Shown here one piece after another: positions 9,938 to 23,191 of a DNA stretch of 64,000 nucleotides. A model generated the notes under the pieces. The model worked only from the letters and a program-made list of their open reading frames with translations. It was not told where the DNA came from and ran no database searches. A program made the translations under genes and the position numbers. This stretch comes from Planctomycetota bacterium (GTDB lineage Bacteria > Planctomycetota > UBA1135 > UBA2386). The stretch's first letter is position 1, and the number at the start of each line of letters is the position of its first letter. The stretch is taken from NCBI GenBank assembly GCA_965223545.1, contig OZ245006.1, forward strand, positions 6,304,001 to 6,368,000, written 5' to 3'.

Positions 9938-11011
9938 ATGCACCCGATCCCGAAGACTCTCCTCGCCCTGGCGGCCATGCTGCCGGCTCTACCGGCTCAG
10001 CCGATGCCGATCACGGCGACCCTGCCGACCTCGACCTTCTGGTTGGCGACCAACGAGCCCTTCGCCGGCCAATCGCCCAAGCGCTACCAGCAGTGGTTTT
10101 CGCCGGCGGCGTGGCAGACCGCGGTCGGCCGGCCGATGCGGGTGGTCGGGCTCGACTTCTTTGCCGGTACTCCCGGCGGTCAAACCGGGGCGTCGATCGA
10201 CATCCAGATCACCATGGCGAACGGCCCGCTGTCGTTCCCGACGACCAACATGACGACCAACCTGGCCAGCGGGGCGGTGGTCGTCGTGCCGCGCAGCCAG
10301 CAGACCCTCAACACCGCGACGCCGGGGACGATGCCGCTGTCCATCAGCTTCAAGCAGTTCGGCACCGAGTTCGTGTGGGACGGCAGCTCCGCGGTCGTCG
10401 TCGACATCCTGGTTTTCAACAACGGCAAGGGCAACCAGCCCTATCGCTACGACCTGCAGGCGACGTTCTCGTCGACCGGTCAGGTCTACCGGCTTTGGGG
10501 CTTCGGTGCCGACCCACGCGCCGTGACCCAATCGAGCTTCTTCCAGAACGGCGCCGGTCTGGCGATGCAGTTCACCCTCGAGGACGGAGTCAGCGTACCG
10601 TTCGGTCGAGGGTGCGCCGGCGCCGGCGGCGCGGTGCCTCTGGCCGACACCACGGGTGGACTGCCGCTGAGCGGCAACCCGAGCTGGACCCACACGCTGG
10701 CAAACGCCAACTCGCAGGTCGGCACCGCGCTGATCCTCGGCGGCAGCCGCACGCAGTTCATGGGCCTGCCCTTGCCGCTCAACCTCGCGCCGCTCGCGCC
10801 GGCTTGCGACCTGCTCAACAACTTCATGTTCTCGATCCCGACGCAGACGGTCGGCGGTGGGCCGGGATCCGGGCTGGCCAGCGTGCCGCTGCCGATTCCG
10901 CCGGTGACGCAGTTCGTCGGCCAGTCGCTGTTCGCTCAGTGGTTGGTGATCGATCCGGGCGCGTTCGGCAACATCGCCATGTCGAACGGCATCTGGACCG
11001 TGTTCGGCTAG
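9938..11011 (+). CDS. Secreted hypothetical protein
   Basis: Signal peptide 'LLALAAMLPALPAQ'; C-terminal 'FGRGC...LFAQWLVIDP...SNG' domain; strong C-ending codon bias. Confidence 0.7.
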   Translation: MHPIPKTLLALAAMLPALPAQPMPITATLPTSTFWLATNEPFAGQSPKRYQQWFSPAAWQTAVGRPMRVVGLDFFAGTPGGQTGASIDIQITMANGPLSFPTTNMTTNLASGAVVVVPRSQQTLNTATPGTMPLSISFKQFGTEFVWDGSSAVVVDILVFNNGKGNQPYRYDLQATFSSTGQVYRLWGFGADPRAVTQSSFFQNGAGLAMQFTLEDGVSVPFGRGCAGAGGAVPLADTTGGLPLSGNPSWTHTLANANSQVGTALILGGSRTQFMGLPLPLNLAPLAPACDLLNNFMFSIPTQTVGGGPGSGLASVPLPIPPVTQFVGQSLFAQWLVIDPGAFGNIAMSNGIWTVFG

Positions 11012-11027
11012 GCGCGGCGACCGCTCG

Positions 11028-12269
11028 TCACGCCTCGGTGGCGGTGGAGGGTCGCAACAGCTCGACCGGGTGCAGCACCGGGCACGCGCTGCCCGCGGCG
11101 GCCAAGTGCGCGCCGATCTGCATCATGCACCCGGGGTTGCCGGTGGCGACGGCATCGGGTTCGGCGGCGATCAGCGCCGCGGCCTTGGCCGCGCCGATGG
11201 GCTCGGCGAGCTCGGGATGCACGAGGTTGTAGATGCCAGCCGAGCCACAGCACCGCTCGGGGTCGGCGTGGGCGACCAGCTGCAGGCCGGGCACGCGCGC
11301 GAGCAGCTGCCGCGGCGCGGTCCGCACCCCCTGGGCATGGCACAGGTGGCAGGGGTCGTCGTAGGCGACCCGGCCGACGAACGGGGCGGGCTCTTTGACC
11401 ATGCCGTGCCGGTCGAGGAACTCGCAAATGTCCGCGCACTTGGCGGCGAACTGCTCGGCGTCCGCGTCGCCCGGCAAGTGGTGGTGGGCTTCGGCGAGCG
11501 CGGCGCCACAGCCGGCGCTGTTGTGCACGACGGCCTCGGCATTGGCGAAGGCGCGGACGTTGGCGCGCAGCAGCGCGCGGGCGGCATCGCCCTGTCCGTT
11601 GTGCAGCAAGAGCGCCCCGCAGCAGGTCTGTTGGGCGGGGACGTCGACGACGAAGCCATTGGCCACCAACACGTCGATGGTGGCGCGGTGGACGTGGCCG
11701 AACAGCTGCTCCATGACGCAGCCGGTGAACAGGGCGACGCGGCCGCGCGGTGTGCCCTTCGGCGTGTAGGTGCCGTGCAGAGGGCGCCGCTGTTTGGCCG
11801 GCGGGACCGAGGGCAGCACCGCGCGCATCCCGCGCGGCAGCAGGCGCAGGCGCGCGGCGGCGCGGTCGAGCCGCAGGATGTGGGCCGCGCGCAAGACGTA
11901 GAACGCGCCGCGCAGCCGCGCGGGCCGACTGACCACGTGCTGCAGCAGCCAGCGCCGCAGCCGGCCGCCGACGGTCCGCGCCGGCGCGGTGCGCTCGTAG
12001 TTCTCGCGCGTCGCCTCGAGCAGCGCGCCGTAGCGCACTCCCGAGGGGCAGGCGGTCTCGCAGGCGCGGCAGTCGAGGCAGCGATCGAGCGCGGCGCGCA
12101 CGGTCGCCGGTTGTTGCACGCGGCCCTCGATCAGCGCGCGCATCAGGTAGATGCGCCCGCGCGGCGAGTCGGTCTCGGTGCCGAGTTCGTCGTACGTCGG
12201 GCACACCGGTAGGCAGAGGCCGCAGTGGACGCAGTCCAGGGCGTGCGGATAGTGCTCCGGACTGGTCAT
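11028..12269 (-). CDS. glcF: Glycolate oxidase iron-sulfur subunit
   Basis: CVHCGLCLPVCP and CLDCRACETACP 4Fe-4S motifs, two CCG domains; coupled to glcE and glcD. Confidence 0.9.
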   Translation of the reverse strand: MTSPEHYPHALDCVHCGLCLPVCPTYDELGTETDSPRGRIYLMRALIEGRVQQPATVRAALDRCLDCRACETACPSGVRYGALLEATRENYERTAPARTVGGRLRRWLLQHVVSRPARLRGAFYVLRAAHILRLDRAAARLRLLPRGMRAVLPSVPPAKQRRPLHGTYTPKGTPRGRVALFTGCVMEQLFGHVHRATIDVLVANGFVVDVPAQQTCCGALLLHNGQGDAARALLRANVRAFANAEAVVHNSAGCGAALAEAHHHLPGDADAEQFAAKCADICEFLDRHGMVKEPAPFVGRVAYDDPCHLCHAQGVRTAPRQLLARVPGLQLVAHADPERCCGSAGIYNLVHPELAEPIGAAKAAALIAAEPDAVATGNPGCMMQIGAHLAAAGSACPVLHPVELLRPSTATEA

Positions 12270-13327
12270 CGCAGCATGTCGAGGTTGTCCAAGGCGCGGC
12301 GCAGCCGGGCGCTCACCGCGCGGCTGCCGGCGTCGTCGGCGCTGCGGCGGCCGTGCCGTTGCGGGTCGCCAGCGCCGATCTCGAGATGGCAGCCCAGGTC
12401 GGCGGCGCGCGCCATCAGAGCGTCCGTCTCGGTGGGGTCGATTCGGGCGCAGAAGCGGCCGTTGCCGTTGATCACGATCCGCTCGCAGCTGGTCTTGGCA
12501 AGCACGTCGGCGACGCGGCTCGGCCGCACTGCACCGTACAGCACCTCGCGGTCGGCCGCCGGCAGCACGGTCGGCGGCTGCCACGCTGGAGTCTCGGTGA
12601 GTCCCAAGCGAGCGAGCTCTCCGTCGACGTGGCGTGGATTGCCGCCCAGCAAACCGCGCACGGCGTAGCCGGAGCGACCGCCGTCGATCCAGACGCCGAG
12701 AGGTGGCGTCTGCAGCAGCCGGAGCGAATGGAAGCGCGCCGTGGCCTCGCCGGCATCGAGGTCGGTTGCGGCAAACCACGCGCGCCGCGCCGGCAGCGGC
12801 CGCAGCTTGAGGTGCATCAACGTCACCGCGAACAGCCGGCCGCGGCTGCCGACGAACAGCCGCGGCAGATCGAAGCCGGCCACGCTCTTCACCACGCGGG
12901 CACCGGCCTTGAACGGCAATCCCTCGGCCAGCACTCCCTCGATGCCGAGCAGCAAGGCGCGCGGCCCGCCGCTGCCCGGAGCGGTGCCGCCGTGCAGGTC
13001 CAGGGCGAAGTCACCGCCGACGGTGCCGTGGCCGATCGCCGGTAACCAGAGGCCTTCGTCCGCCAAGATGGCGTCGAGCTCCGCGCGGACCACGCCCGGC
13101 TCGACCGAACAGGTGAGGTCGCCCGGCAGCAGTCGATGCACGCGGTCGAGCCCTGCCAACGACAGGCGGGTCACCGCCACGTCGCTGTCGGGCGGCGGCA
13201 CGGCGTGCTGCTGGCTGGCGTTGCCGACCAGGCGCACCGGCTGGCCGCGCAGTGCGGCCAAGGCCTCGGCGACGGCGGCGGGATCGTCCGGCGCGAGGGT
13301 CGCCGCCGGGGCGTCGGCGTCGGTCAT
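12266..13327 (-). CDS. glcE: Glycolate oxidase FAD-binding subunit
   Basis: 'GARVVKSVAGFDLPRLFVGSRGRL'; 4-nt overlaps with both neighbours. Confidence 0.85.
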   Translation of the reverse strand: MTDADAPAATLAPDDPAAVAEALAALRGQPVRLVGNASQQHAVPPPDSDVAVTRLSLAGLDRVHRLLPGDLTCSVEPGVVRAELDAILADEGLWLPAIGHGTVGGDFALDLHGGTAPGSGGPRALLLGIEGVLAEGLPFKAGARVVKSVAGFDLPRLFVGSRGRLFAVTLMHLKLRPLPARRAWFAATDLDAGEATARFHSLRLLQTPPLGVWIDGGRSGYAVRGLLGGNPRHVDGELARLGLTETPAWQPPTVLPAADREVLYGAVRPSRVADVLAKTSCERIVINGNGRFCARIDPTETDALMARAADLGCHLEIGAGDPQRHGRRSADDAGSRAVSARLRRALDNLDMLR

Positions 13328-14787
13328 CCGCGGTCGTCCTCGCGCAAGACGGCGTCGACCATGGCCGGCCACTTGGCGACCTCGGCGCAGCTGCGGCGCT
13401 CGGGCAAGGCCTTGCCGGGGTTGCAGCGCTGGTCGGGATCGAAGGCTTCGCGGACCCGCCGCATCACATCGAGGTCCGCGGGTTCGAACATCAGTGGCAC
13501 GTGCTCGAGCTTCTCGCTGCCGACGCCGTGCTCGCCGGTGATGCTGCCACCCTTCGCCATGCACAGCTCGAGGATCTCATGGCCGGCGGCGGTCACTCGG
13601 GCGACCTGGTCGGGATCCCGGCCGTCGAAGCTGATGTTCGGGTGCAGGTTGCCGTCGCCGGCGTGGAACACGTTCGTCAGAGTCACCCCGTGGCGCGCGG
13701 CGATCGCGTCGATGCCGGCGAGCGTCTCGACCAGTGCGGTGCGCGGCACGACGCCGTCGAGGACGTAGAGGTCGGTGTTGAGTCGCCCCATCGCGCCGAA
13801 CGCGCCCTTGCGGCCCTTCCACAGCCGCAGCCGCTCGGCTGGATCGTCGGTCGACTCGCTGCTCAGGGCCTCGAAGCGTTCGAACCAGGACTGCACGGTG
13901 TCGGCGTCCGCGTCGACCTCGACCACCGGGCCCTCGAGCTCGACCAACAGCACCGCCTTGGCGTCGGTCGGATAGCCGGCGCGGTACACCGACGCCTCCA
14001 CCGCGGCGATCGTGCCGTGGTCGAGGATCTCCAGCGCCGCCGGAACCAGCCCGCGCTCGACGATGGCGCTGACGCAGCCGCACGCCTGCTCCATGCTGCC
14101 GAACGCGGCGAGGAGCGTGCGGCGGGCGGGGGGATCCGGGGACAGTCGCACCGTGATCTCGGTGGCGATGCCGAACGTGCCCTCGGAGCCGGTGAACACA
14201 CCGAGCAGATCGAGCTCGCCGGGCAGACGGGGACCGGCGGCGTCGCCCAGCGTGGCCAGCTCGCCGTCGGCGAGCACCACGACCGCGCCGAGGACGTGGT
14301 CGCTGGTCATGCCGTGCTTGAAGCAGTGCGGGCCACCGCTGTTCTCGGCCAAGTTGCCGCCGATGGTGCACACCGACTGGCTGCTGGGATCGGGGGCGTA
14401 GTGCAGACCGAGGTGCTGCACCGCGCGCGTCAGGTCGAGGTTTACGACGCCGGGCTGGACGACAGCCAGTCGGTCCACCGGATCGACCTCGAGGATTCGG
14501 CGCATGCGCGCGGTCTCGATCACCAGTGACGGCTGCGTCGGCGTCGGTCCGCCGGACAGGCAAGTGCCGGCGCCGCGCGGGACGAACGGCACGTCGTGCC
14601 GCGCGGCGAGCCGCACGGCGGTCTGCACTTCGGCTGTCGACTCCGGCAACACCACGGCCCGAGGTGGTGACTTGTGCAGCGTGAACCCGTCGCACTCGTA
14701 GGCGAGTAGGGCGTCGGGCTCGACCAGGGCGCGGGCGCCGAATGCCTGTTGGAGAGCGGCCTCGAACGGGGGCACGTCCGGCAGCAT
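13324..14787 (-). CDS. glcD: Glycolate oxidase subunit (FAD-linked oxidase)
   Basis: 'PRGAGTCLSGG', 'PDPSSQSVCTIGGN', 'HAGDGNLHP', 'GEHGVG'. Confidence 0.9.
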   Translation of the reverse strand: MLPDVPPFEAALQQAFGARALVEPDALLAYECDGFTLHKSPPRAVVLPESTAEVQTAVRLAARHDVPFVPRGAGTCLSGGPTPTQPSLVIETARMRRILEVDPVDRLAVVQPGVVNLDLTRAVQHLGLHYAPDPSSQSVCTIGGNLAENSGGPHCFKHGMTSDHVLGAVVVLADGELATLGDAAGPRLPGELDLLGVFTGSEGTFGIATEITVRLSPDPPARRTLLAAFGSMEQACGCVSAIVERGLVPAALEILDHGTIAAVEASVYRAGYPTDAKAVLLVELEGPVVEVDADADTVQSWFERFEALSSESTDDPAERLRLWKGRKGAFGAMGRLNTDLYVLDGVVPRTALVETLAGIDAIAARHGVTLTNVFHAGDGNLHPNISFDGRDPDQVARVTAAGHEILELCMAKGGSITGEHGVGSEKLEHVPLMFEPADLDVMRRVREAFDPDQRCNPGKALPERRSCAEVAKWPAMVDAVLREDDRG

Positions 14788-14921
14788 ACCCGGTGCGCCG
14801 ACGGCCTTCGTCGCCTTGTTCGGCAGCTGTCGCAGAATGCCGCAGAGGCGGTCCGTGCGGAGCCTGGGGGCGGTCAAGTTGTCTCGATGGCGACGTCGAT
14901 ATCGACGCAGGCACACAGAGG

Positions 14922-16274
14922 ATGCGGCGCAGTGTCGACAAGCAAGTGGTGGTGTTGTTTCACGACGCCGCCAAGGAGGTCCTGTCACATCTCAGTCGGT
15001 GGAAGATCCGGCTGAACGAATGTGGCCGTGACGCTCCTCGAGGACTGGCTTCGGTCTACGGTCGCGTCCGTCGCTTGCGAGACTACCTGCAGCGCATGGC
15101 CATGGCGTATTCGACGCCGGTGGAGATCGACCTCGGTGCCGACGAGGAGAACCTCCTGGTCTCGTGTGCCGTGCACTACCTCGGTGTGGTCGATCTGGCG
15201 TTGCAAACCGACAAGTCGCCGGCCGAAACGGCCGAGCTTGAGCTGCGGCGCCAACAGCTGTCGGAATGGGCGGTGTACTTCGCGTCCGCGCCGGTGGAGC
15301 GCATCCCTTCACCGGACGCGGTTCAGCTGAACACGCCGAGCGCGCGCGCGATCGTGACCACGGTGATGCGTCAGTGCGGCACCCCGGCGCGACCTGCCGG
15401 CATCCCCACCGCGTCGCCGTCCGCCGCGCCGTCCGCCGGACCGGCTCCGCCGGTTGGTGTCGCGCCGCCCCCGGCGCCAGCGGGAGTGCACGCGCCTCCG
15501 CCGTCGTTGCCGGCGCCGCCGTCGATACCGTCACCGCCGGCGGCCGCACCCCCCGCGTCGCCACCCCCCGGAGCGGCTCACCCGGCCGGCGCCGGGTGGA
15601 CCCCGCCGCGTCCACCTGGTCCGTCGGGGCAGCCACCGGGCGGCATCGCGCCGCCCGGCGCGGGTGCGCCGGCCATGTCCGGCACGGCGGAGGGTGGTCT
15701 GCCGTTGGAACCCGACCGCATGTACGATGCGCGGTTGCGCACCATCATGGCGATGGACCTCAACGCGTACGTGCGCGCGCGGTCGGCGCAGGATTTCCGG
15801 CTCGCCATGGTGCACCTCTCCTCGATCCTCGAAGGGGCGGTCGTCGACCACGCGCTGCCCCGAGCACAGGCGCTCGGTTTGCGCGGCACGCCGGAGACCT
15901 GGAAGCTCGAGGAGATCCTCGCGCGGGTGATCGGCGACCGGCTCGGCTCCATGGACCGGGCGTACCTGTATCAGGTCATCGGTGGGCGCAACTTGCTGCG
16001 CCCATCGATCCAGCTGCAGGCACCGATGGTGGTGACCTCGCAGAGTCTCGATCAGGCGGAGGCCTTCGTGCGGAGAGTCGTCGAGCAGCTCGGGCTGTGT
16101 GCCCTTCCCGAGCAGCCGTCGGCCGATCCGACCGCGGCGGCCTTCTTCGGTGCGGCGGTGGCGTCCAACGCGCCGCAGCGTCAGCTCGCTCCGGACCCCG
16201 GACGGAGCCGGCCGTCCGATGCGACCGCCCGTCCGGGCCGTCCCGGTCGGCCACCGCCCTGGCCACGGCGTTGA
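14922..16274 (+). CDS. Hypothetical protein, two helical domains joined by a Pro/Ala-rich linker
   Basis: Long ORF divergent from glcD with host codon usage; no family motif recognised. Confidence 0.6.
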   Translation: MRRSVDKQVVVLFHDAAKEVLSHLSRWKIRLNECGRDAPRGLASVYGRVRRLRDYLQRMAMAYSTPVEIDLGADEENLLVSCAVHYLGVVDLALQTDKSPAETAELELRRQQLSEWAVYFASAPVERIPSPDAVQLNTPSARAIVTTVMRQCGTPARPAGIPTASPSAAPSAGPAPPVGVAPPPAPAGVHAPPPSLPAPPSIPSPPAAAPPASPPPGAAHPAGAGWTPPRPPGPSGQPPGGIAPPGAGAPAMSGTAEGGLPLEPDRMYDARLRTIMAMDLNAYVRARSAQDFRLAMVHLSSILEGAVVDHALPRAQALGLRGTPETWKLEEILARVIGDRLGSMDRAYLYQVIGGRNLLRPSIQLQAPMVVTSQSLDQAEAFVRRVVEQLGLCALPEQPSADPTAAAFFGAAVASNAPQRQLAPDPGRSRPSDATARPGRPGRPPPWPRR

Positions 16275-16382
16275 TGGGAGGTCGAGGCGGGTCGACCTGG
16301 CCACGGGATTTCACGCGCCGGCGCGAACTTTTCCCCTGTTCGCCCTCGGGGTTGGCTCCTACGTTGCGCTGTGCTTCCGCCC

Positions 16383-17618
16383 ATGAGCGCCCTCCTGCAC
16401 CTCGATTCCCTGGACGCGGAGATCGAGACGCGTCTGCTCGGTTCGCCCGAGCCGGAGCGTCGTCTCCTGGGCATCGAGATCGAGCGCTTGGTGCTGCACG
16501 CGGACAGCCGTGAGAGTGCACCGCTCGACTTCTGCCGCCAGCTGATGCGGGACCTGGCGCGCGAGTTCGACGCCGAGGAGACCTGGCAGGGCGGAGTGTT
16601 GACCAAGCTGCGCGGCCGCGATTTCGGTCTCTCGATGGAACCGGGCGGGCAGCTCGAGGTCGACACCGATCCCGGGCCCAACCTGCGCGCCTTGGAGGAG
16701 ATCTTTCTGCGGGTCACGGCCGACATCGAGGCGCGCCTCGCGTCCACGCCCTACCGCCTGTTTGCCCTCGGCCACGCGCCGGTCACGCCGGTGGACCAGC
16801 TCGGCCTGCTGCCGCGCGAGCGCTACCGGATCATGGACCGGGCGATGATCGAGCGCGGCTCGCTGACGCGCCACATGATGCGCGCCACCGCCGGTGTGCA
16901 GTTGACGTGCGACTTCGCCGATCGGACCGCTGCCGGTCGCCTGCTGGCGCTGCTCAACCGCCTGACGCCGGTGCTGGTGTCGTTGACCGCCAACTCGCGC
17001 AGCATCGGCGGCCGCGATTCGGGTTACGAGAGCTATCGCCACCGCGTCTGGTGGGACACCGACGTGTCGCGGACCGGAGTGCCGGAGGGGTGCCTCGATG
17101 CGGCGACCGCGGTCGCCGGCTACGTTCGCTTCGCGCGTCGCGCGATCGCCCTGTTTCGGCACGGCCCCGATGATCTGCTGCCGACGCCGGCGGTGCCGTT
17201 CGAGGAGCTGGTGCGCGCTGGCGGGGTGACCGAAGCCGACCTCGACCTGCACTTGTCGTCGCTGTTTCCGTTCGTGCGGCTGCGCCGCTACCTCGAGGTG
17301 CGCTGCTTCGACACCGCGGAGTGGCCGTTGGCCAAGAGCGCGCTGGCGATGCTGTCGGGCGTGGTCTACTGCCCGAAGGCGACCGCCGCCGCCGAGGAAC
17401 TGTCGGGCGTGCTGGCGCTGCGCGATCCGACGGCGCTGCGCGCCCTGCACCTCGAGGCCGCGCGGCTGGGGTTGGATGCGCAGGTGCCGGGTGGGCCGTC
17501 GTTTCGCGGCATCGCCGGCCAGCTGATCGAGTTCGCCTCCGGCACGCTCGGCGGCCCGGATTGCTGTTGGGCCACCGTCGGGGATCTCGATCCGCTGCGG
17601 GCTCGGCTGGACTCCTGA
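16383..17618 (+). CDS. Glutamate-cysteine ligase (GCS2 family)
   Basis: 'GIEIER', 'SMEPGGQLE', 'MMRATAGVQ', 'HLSSLFPFVRLRRYLEVR'. Confidence 0.85.
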   Translation: MSALLHLDSLDAEIETRLLGSPEPERRLLGIEIERLVLHADSRESAPLDFCRQLMRDLAREFDAEETWQGGVLTKLRGRDFGLSMEPGGQLEVDTDPGPNLRALEEIFLRVTADIEARLASTPYRLFALGHAPVTPVDQLGLLPRERYRIMDRAMIERGSLTRHMMRATAGVQLTCDFADRTAAGRLLALLNRLTPVLVSLTANSRSIGGRDSGYESYRHRVWWDTDVSRTGVPEGCLDAATAVAGYVRFARRAIALFRHGPDDLLPTPAVPFEELVRAGGVTEADLDLHLSSLFPFVRLRRYLEVRCFDTAEWPLAKSALAMLSGVVYCPKATAAAEELSGVLALRDPTALRALHLEAARLGLDAQVPGGPSFRGIAGQLIEFASGTLGGPDCCWATVGDLDPLRARLDS

Positions 17619-17630
17619 CGCCAGGACTCG

Positions 17631-18329
17631 ATGCGTCTGTTCGCCATCAGCGACCTGCACCTGAGCTTCGGCGTCGACAAGCCGATGGACATCTTCGGGC
17701 CACAGTGGGTCGGTCACGCCGACAAGATCCGCTCGTCCTGGGATGCGCGGATCGGCGAGCAGGACTGGGTCTTGGTGGGGGGCGATACGTCGTGGGGGCT
17801 GACCCTCGAGCAGGCGCTGCCCGATCTCGAGTGGCTCGGCGATCGACCCGGACAAAAGGTGTTGATCAAGGGCAACCACTGCACTTGGTGGACGTCGCGC
17901 AGCAAGGTCGAGGCCGTGCTGCACCCCTCGATCCGACTGCTGCAGAACGATGCCGTCGCGCTTCCCGATGGCACGGTCGTGGTTGGCGCGCGGCTCTGGG
18001 ACCCACCCGACGCGCCTTGGGCCGACGAGAAGGCTGGCCGCATCTACCGGCGCGAGCTGGGGCGCTTGCAGCGGTCGATCGCCGCCGGTCAAGCGATGGG
18101 CGGGACGCGCACCATCGCCTTGATCCACTACCCGCCGAAGTTCGCCGACGGCCGCGAGACCGAAGCCGTGGCAATGATGCAGCAGGCCGGCGTGAGCGTG
18201 TGCATCTACGGCCACCTGCACGGCCGTGACCACCGGCACGGCTTCCAGGGCGAGGCGGACGGGATTCGCTACATGCTCACCGCCTGCGACGCCATCGACT
18301 TCGCGCCGGTCGAGGTCGTCCTCTCGTAG
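17631..18329 (+). CDS. Metallophosphoesterase
   Basis: DLH, GD, GNH and GHLH calcineurin-like motifs. Confidence 0.9.
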   Translation: MRLFAISDLHLSFGVDKPMDIFGPQWVGHADKIRSSWDARIGEQDWVLVGGDTSWGLTLEQALPDLEWLGDRPGQKVLIKGNHCTWWTSRSKVEAVLHPSIRLLQNDAVALPDGTVVVGARLWDPPDAPWADEKAGRIYRRELGRLQRSIAAGQAMGGTRTIALIHYPPKFADGRETEAVAMMQQAGVSVCIYGHLHGRDHRHGFQGEADGIRYMLTACDAIDFAPVEVVLS

Positions 18330-18385
18330 GCGGCAAACCGCGGGCGCGTGCTCAATCTCGAGCGCCCAAGGGTTAAGTTGCGCGC

Positions 18386-21175
<2,790 letters not shown>

Positions 21176-21296
21176 ACCGGGCTCGGTTGGCCGGGGTGTG
21201 TCGCGACCACGGCAATCGGCCGGCTCGCTCGGTTCCGGCCTGCTAGACTTTTCTCGGGCCCACCACCCGCCGCATTCTCAAGCCGCAGTTCCGTCA

Positions 21297-22685
21297 ATGC
21301 CACGCCTCGTATCGAGCCTGCTCCTGTTGACCGCCGGCGCCGTCGCTGGCGTCCTCGCCCAGCGTGCGGGTCTACCTGCCACGGTGCGCTCTTGGTTTGT
21401 TTCGCGGCCGGAGGTGCGGCAGGCCGGTGATCTGGTGCTCGGCCGTGACGGTGTTTGGCATCAGGCGCGCGACCTGCAGAGTGGCGCGCTCGATGTCGAC
21501 AACGAGGACCTCGCCAACCTGCCGTACCTGCGCGGCACGCGTTCGGCCAACGACGTGCAGACCATCCTGCGCTACGACCCGGACGCCGCCGCCGATGGCG
21601 TCAACCTCGTCGTCTCGGGCCATGCACCCGAGGCGGTGCTGTTCGACATGAAGGGCAATGTGCTGCACCGTTGGCGCCGGCCGCTGAAGGACGTGTGGCC
21701 GGGGCCGCTCGGTTTCGACGAGTGGGAGGTGCACGGCCAGTTTTGGCGCCGCGCGCACCTGTTCCCCAACGGGGATCTGCTGGCGATCTTCGAGGGCATC
21801 GGCATGATCAAGCTCGACCTTCACTCCAACGTGCTGTGGGAGTCGAAGTGTCGCGCGCACCACGACCTCGAGGTGCAGGCCAACGGTGAGATCTACACCC
21901 TGGCGCGCCATCCGCGCTCGACTCTCGACGGCGTGGAGCTCGATGCTCCGCTGATCGAGGACTTCGTCGTCGTGCTCGGCGCCGACGGCACCGAGCTGCG
22001 CCGGGTATCGGTGCTCGACTGCTTCATGCAGTCGCGCTACGCCTCGCTGCTGTCGGGCATCAAGTGGCGCGGCGACGTGCTGCACGTCAATACCGTCGAG
22101 GTCTTGGACGGCCGCTTCGCCGACCGCCTGCCCGCCTTTACCGCCGGTCGTGTCCTGATCTCGGTGCCGACGCGGAACGTGGTCGCCGTGCTCGACCTCG
22201 AAACACAGCAGGTTGTCTGGGCGTTGGCGGGGCTTTGGGTGTTCCAGCACCAGCCGACGATGCTCGACGACGGCAGCATGTTGGTGTTCGACAACATGGG
22301 GGCGAATGGTGAGTCGCGCGTTCTGCAGCTGGATCCGAGCAGTCAGCGGCTGCTCTGGTCCTACGGCGGCACCGCCGAGCAGCCGTTGGCGTCGCGCATC
22401 CTCGGTTCGGTGAGCCGTCTCGACAACGGCAACACGCTGATCACCGAGTCGGTCGGCGGCCGCGCGCTCGAGGTCACCACGGACGGCGACGTAGTCTGGG
22501 AGTTCATGACCCCGTTTCGGGCGGGTGACGACAACGAGCTGATCGCCAGCTTGCTCGAGGTCGAGCGGCTGGACCCGGCAGCCTTCGAAGGCGAGCTGGC
22601 CACCGTGGTCGCCGGCTTGGCTGGTGATGGCGAGGGCGAGATCGACCTGCAGGGTGCCGACGCCCTGCTGCGCGGCGGCAAGTGA
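21297..22685 (+). CDS. Arylsulfotransferase (ASST)-like beta-propeller protein
   Basis: 'HHD', 'LHVNTVE', 'QHQP', 'VFDN', 'RLDNGNTLITES' motifs; N-terminal anchor. Confidence 0.8.
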   Translation: MPRLVSSLLLLTAGAVAGVLAQRAGLPATVRSWFVSRPEVRQAGDLVLGRDGVWHQARDLQSGALDVDNEDLANLPYLRGTRSANDVQTILRYDPDAAADGVNLVVSGHAPEAVLFDMKGNVLHRWRRPLKDVWPGPLGFDEWEVHGQFWRRAHLFPNGDLLAIFEGIGMIKLDLHSNVLWESKCRAHHDLEVQANGEIYTLARHPRSTLDGVELDAPLIEDFVVVLGADGTELRRVSVLDCFMQSRYASLLSGIKWRGDVLHVNTVEVLDGRFADRLPAFTAGRVLISVPTRNVVAVLDLETQQVVWALAGLWVFQHQPTMLDDGSMLVFDNMGANGESRVLQLDPSSQRLLWSYGGTAEQPLASRILGSVSRLDNGNTLITESVGGRALEVTTDGDVVWEFMTPFRAGDDNELIASLLEVERLDPAAFEGELATVVAGLAGDGEGEIDLQGADALLRGGK

Positions 22686-23150
22686 GGCTCCGGCGCCGCG
22701 AGTCGTCGAGCTGCGACAACATTCTCGAGGCGACGCCGCTGCCATGGCAACGGTGCCGCCGCGCCGGAGCCTCGGAGAGACAGTGTCTCCTGGCTCAGCG
22801 CGGCGGCGGATGTGTCAGGCCTTCCAGACCGCTCCGGCAGAATCGGCATCCGAGTTTGGTTGCGGTCGTGGCCGCGCTGAGCGTCCGGCGCCGCGAATCG
22901 TCGAGCTGCGACAACATTCTCGAGGCGACGCCGCTGCCATGGCAACGGTACCGCCGCGCCGGAGCCTCGGAGAGACAGTGTCTCCTGGCTCAGCGCGGCG
23001 GCGGATGTGTCAGGCCTTCCGAACCGTTCCGGCGAGAGCGGCATCCGAATCTGGTTGCGGTCGTGGCCGCGATGAGCGTCTTGCGCCGCGAATCGTCGAG
23101 CTGCGACAACATTCTCGAGGCGACGCCGTTGGCAAAGCAACCGCGCCGCC
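22684..23150. repeat. 195-bp tandem repeat (about 2.3 units) of alternating hairpin modules, REP/BIME-like
   Basis: 'ctgcgacaacattctcgagg' starts at 22711, 22906 and 23101; perfect inverted repeats gaggctccggcgc/gcgccggagcctc and gctcagcgcggc/gccgcgctgagc. Confidence 0.9.
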
Positions 23151-23191
23151 GCGCTTGACCGCGGCACTGGCGAGCCCCTTCAATCGACGCC

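Noticed and set aside
22684..23150. CRISPR array
   Set aside because: Whole 195-bp units repeat with no unique spacers, and there are no cas genes in the window
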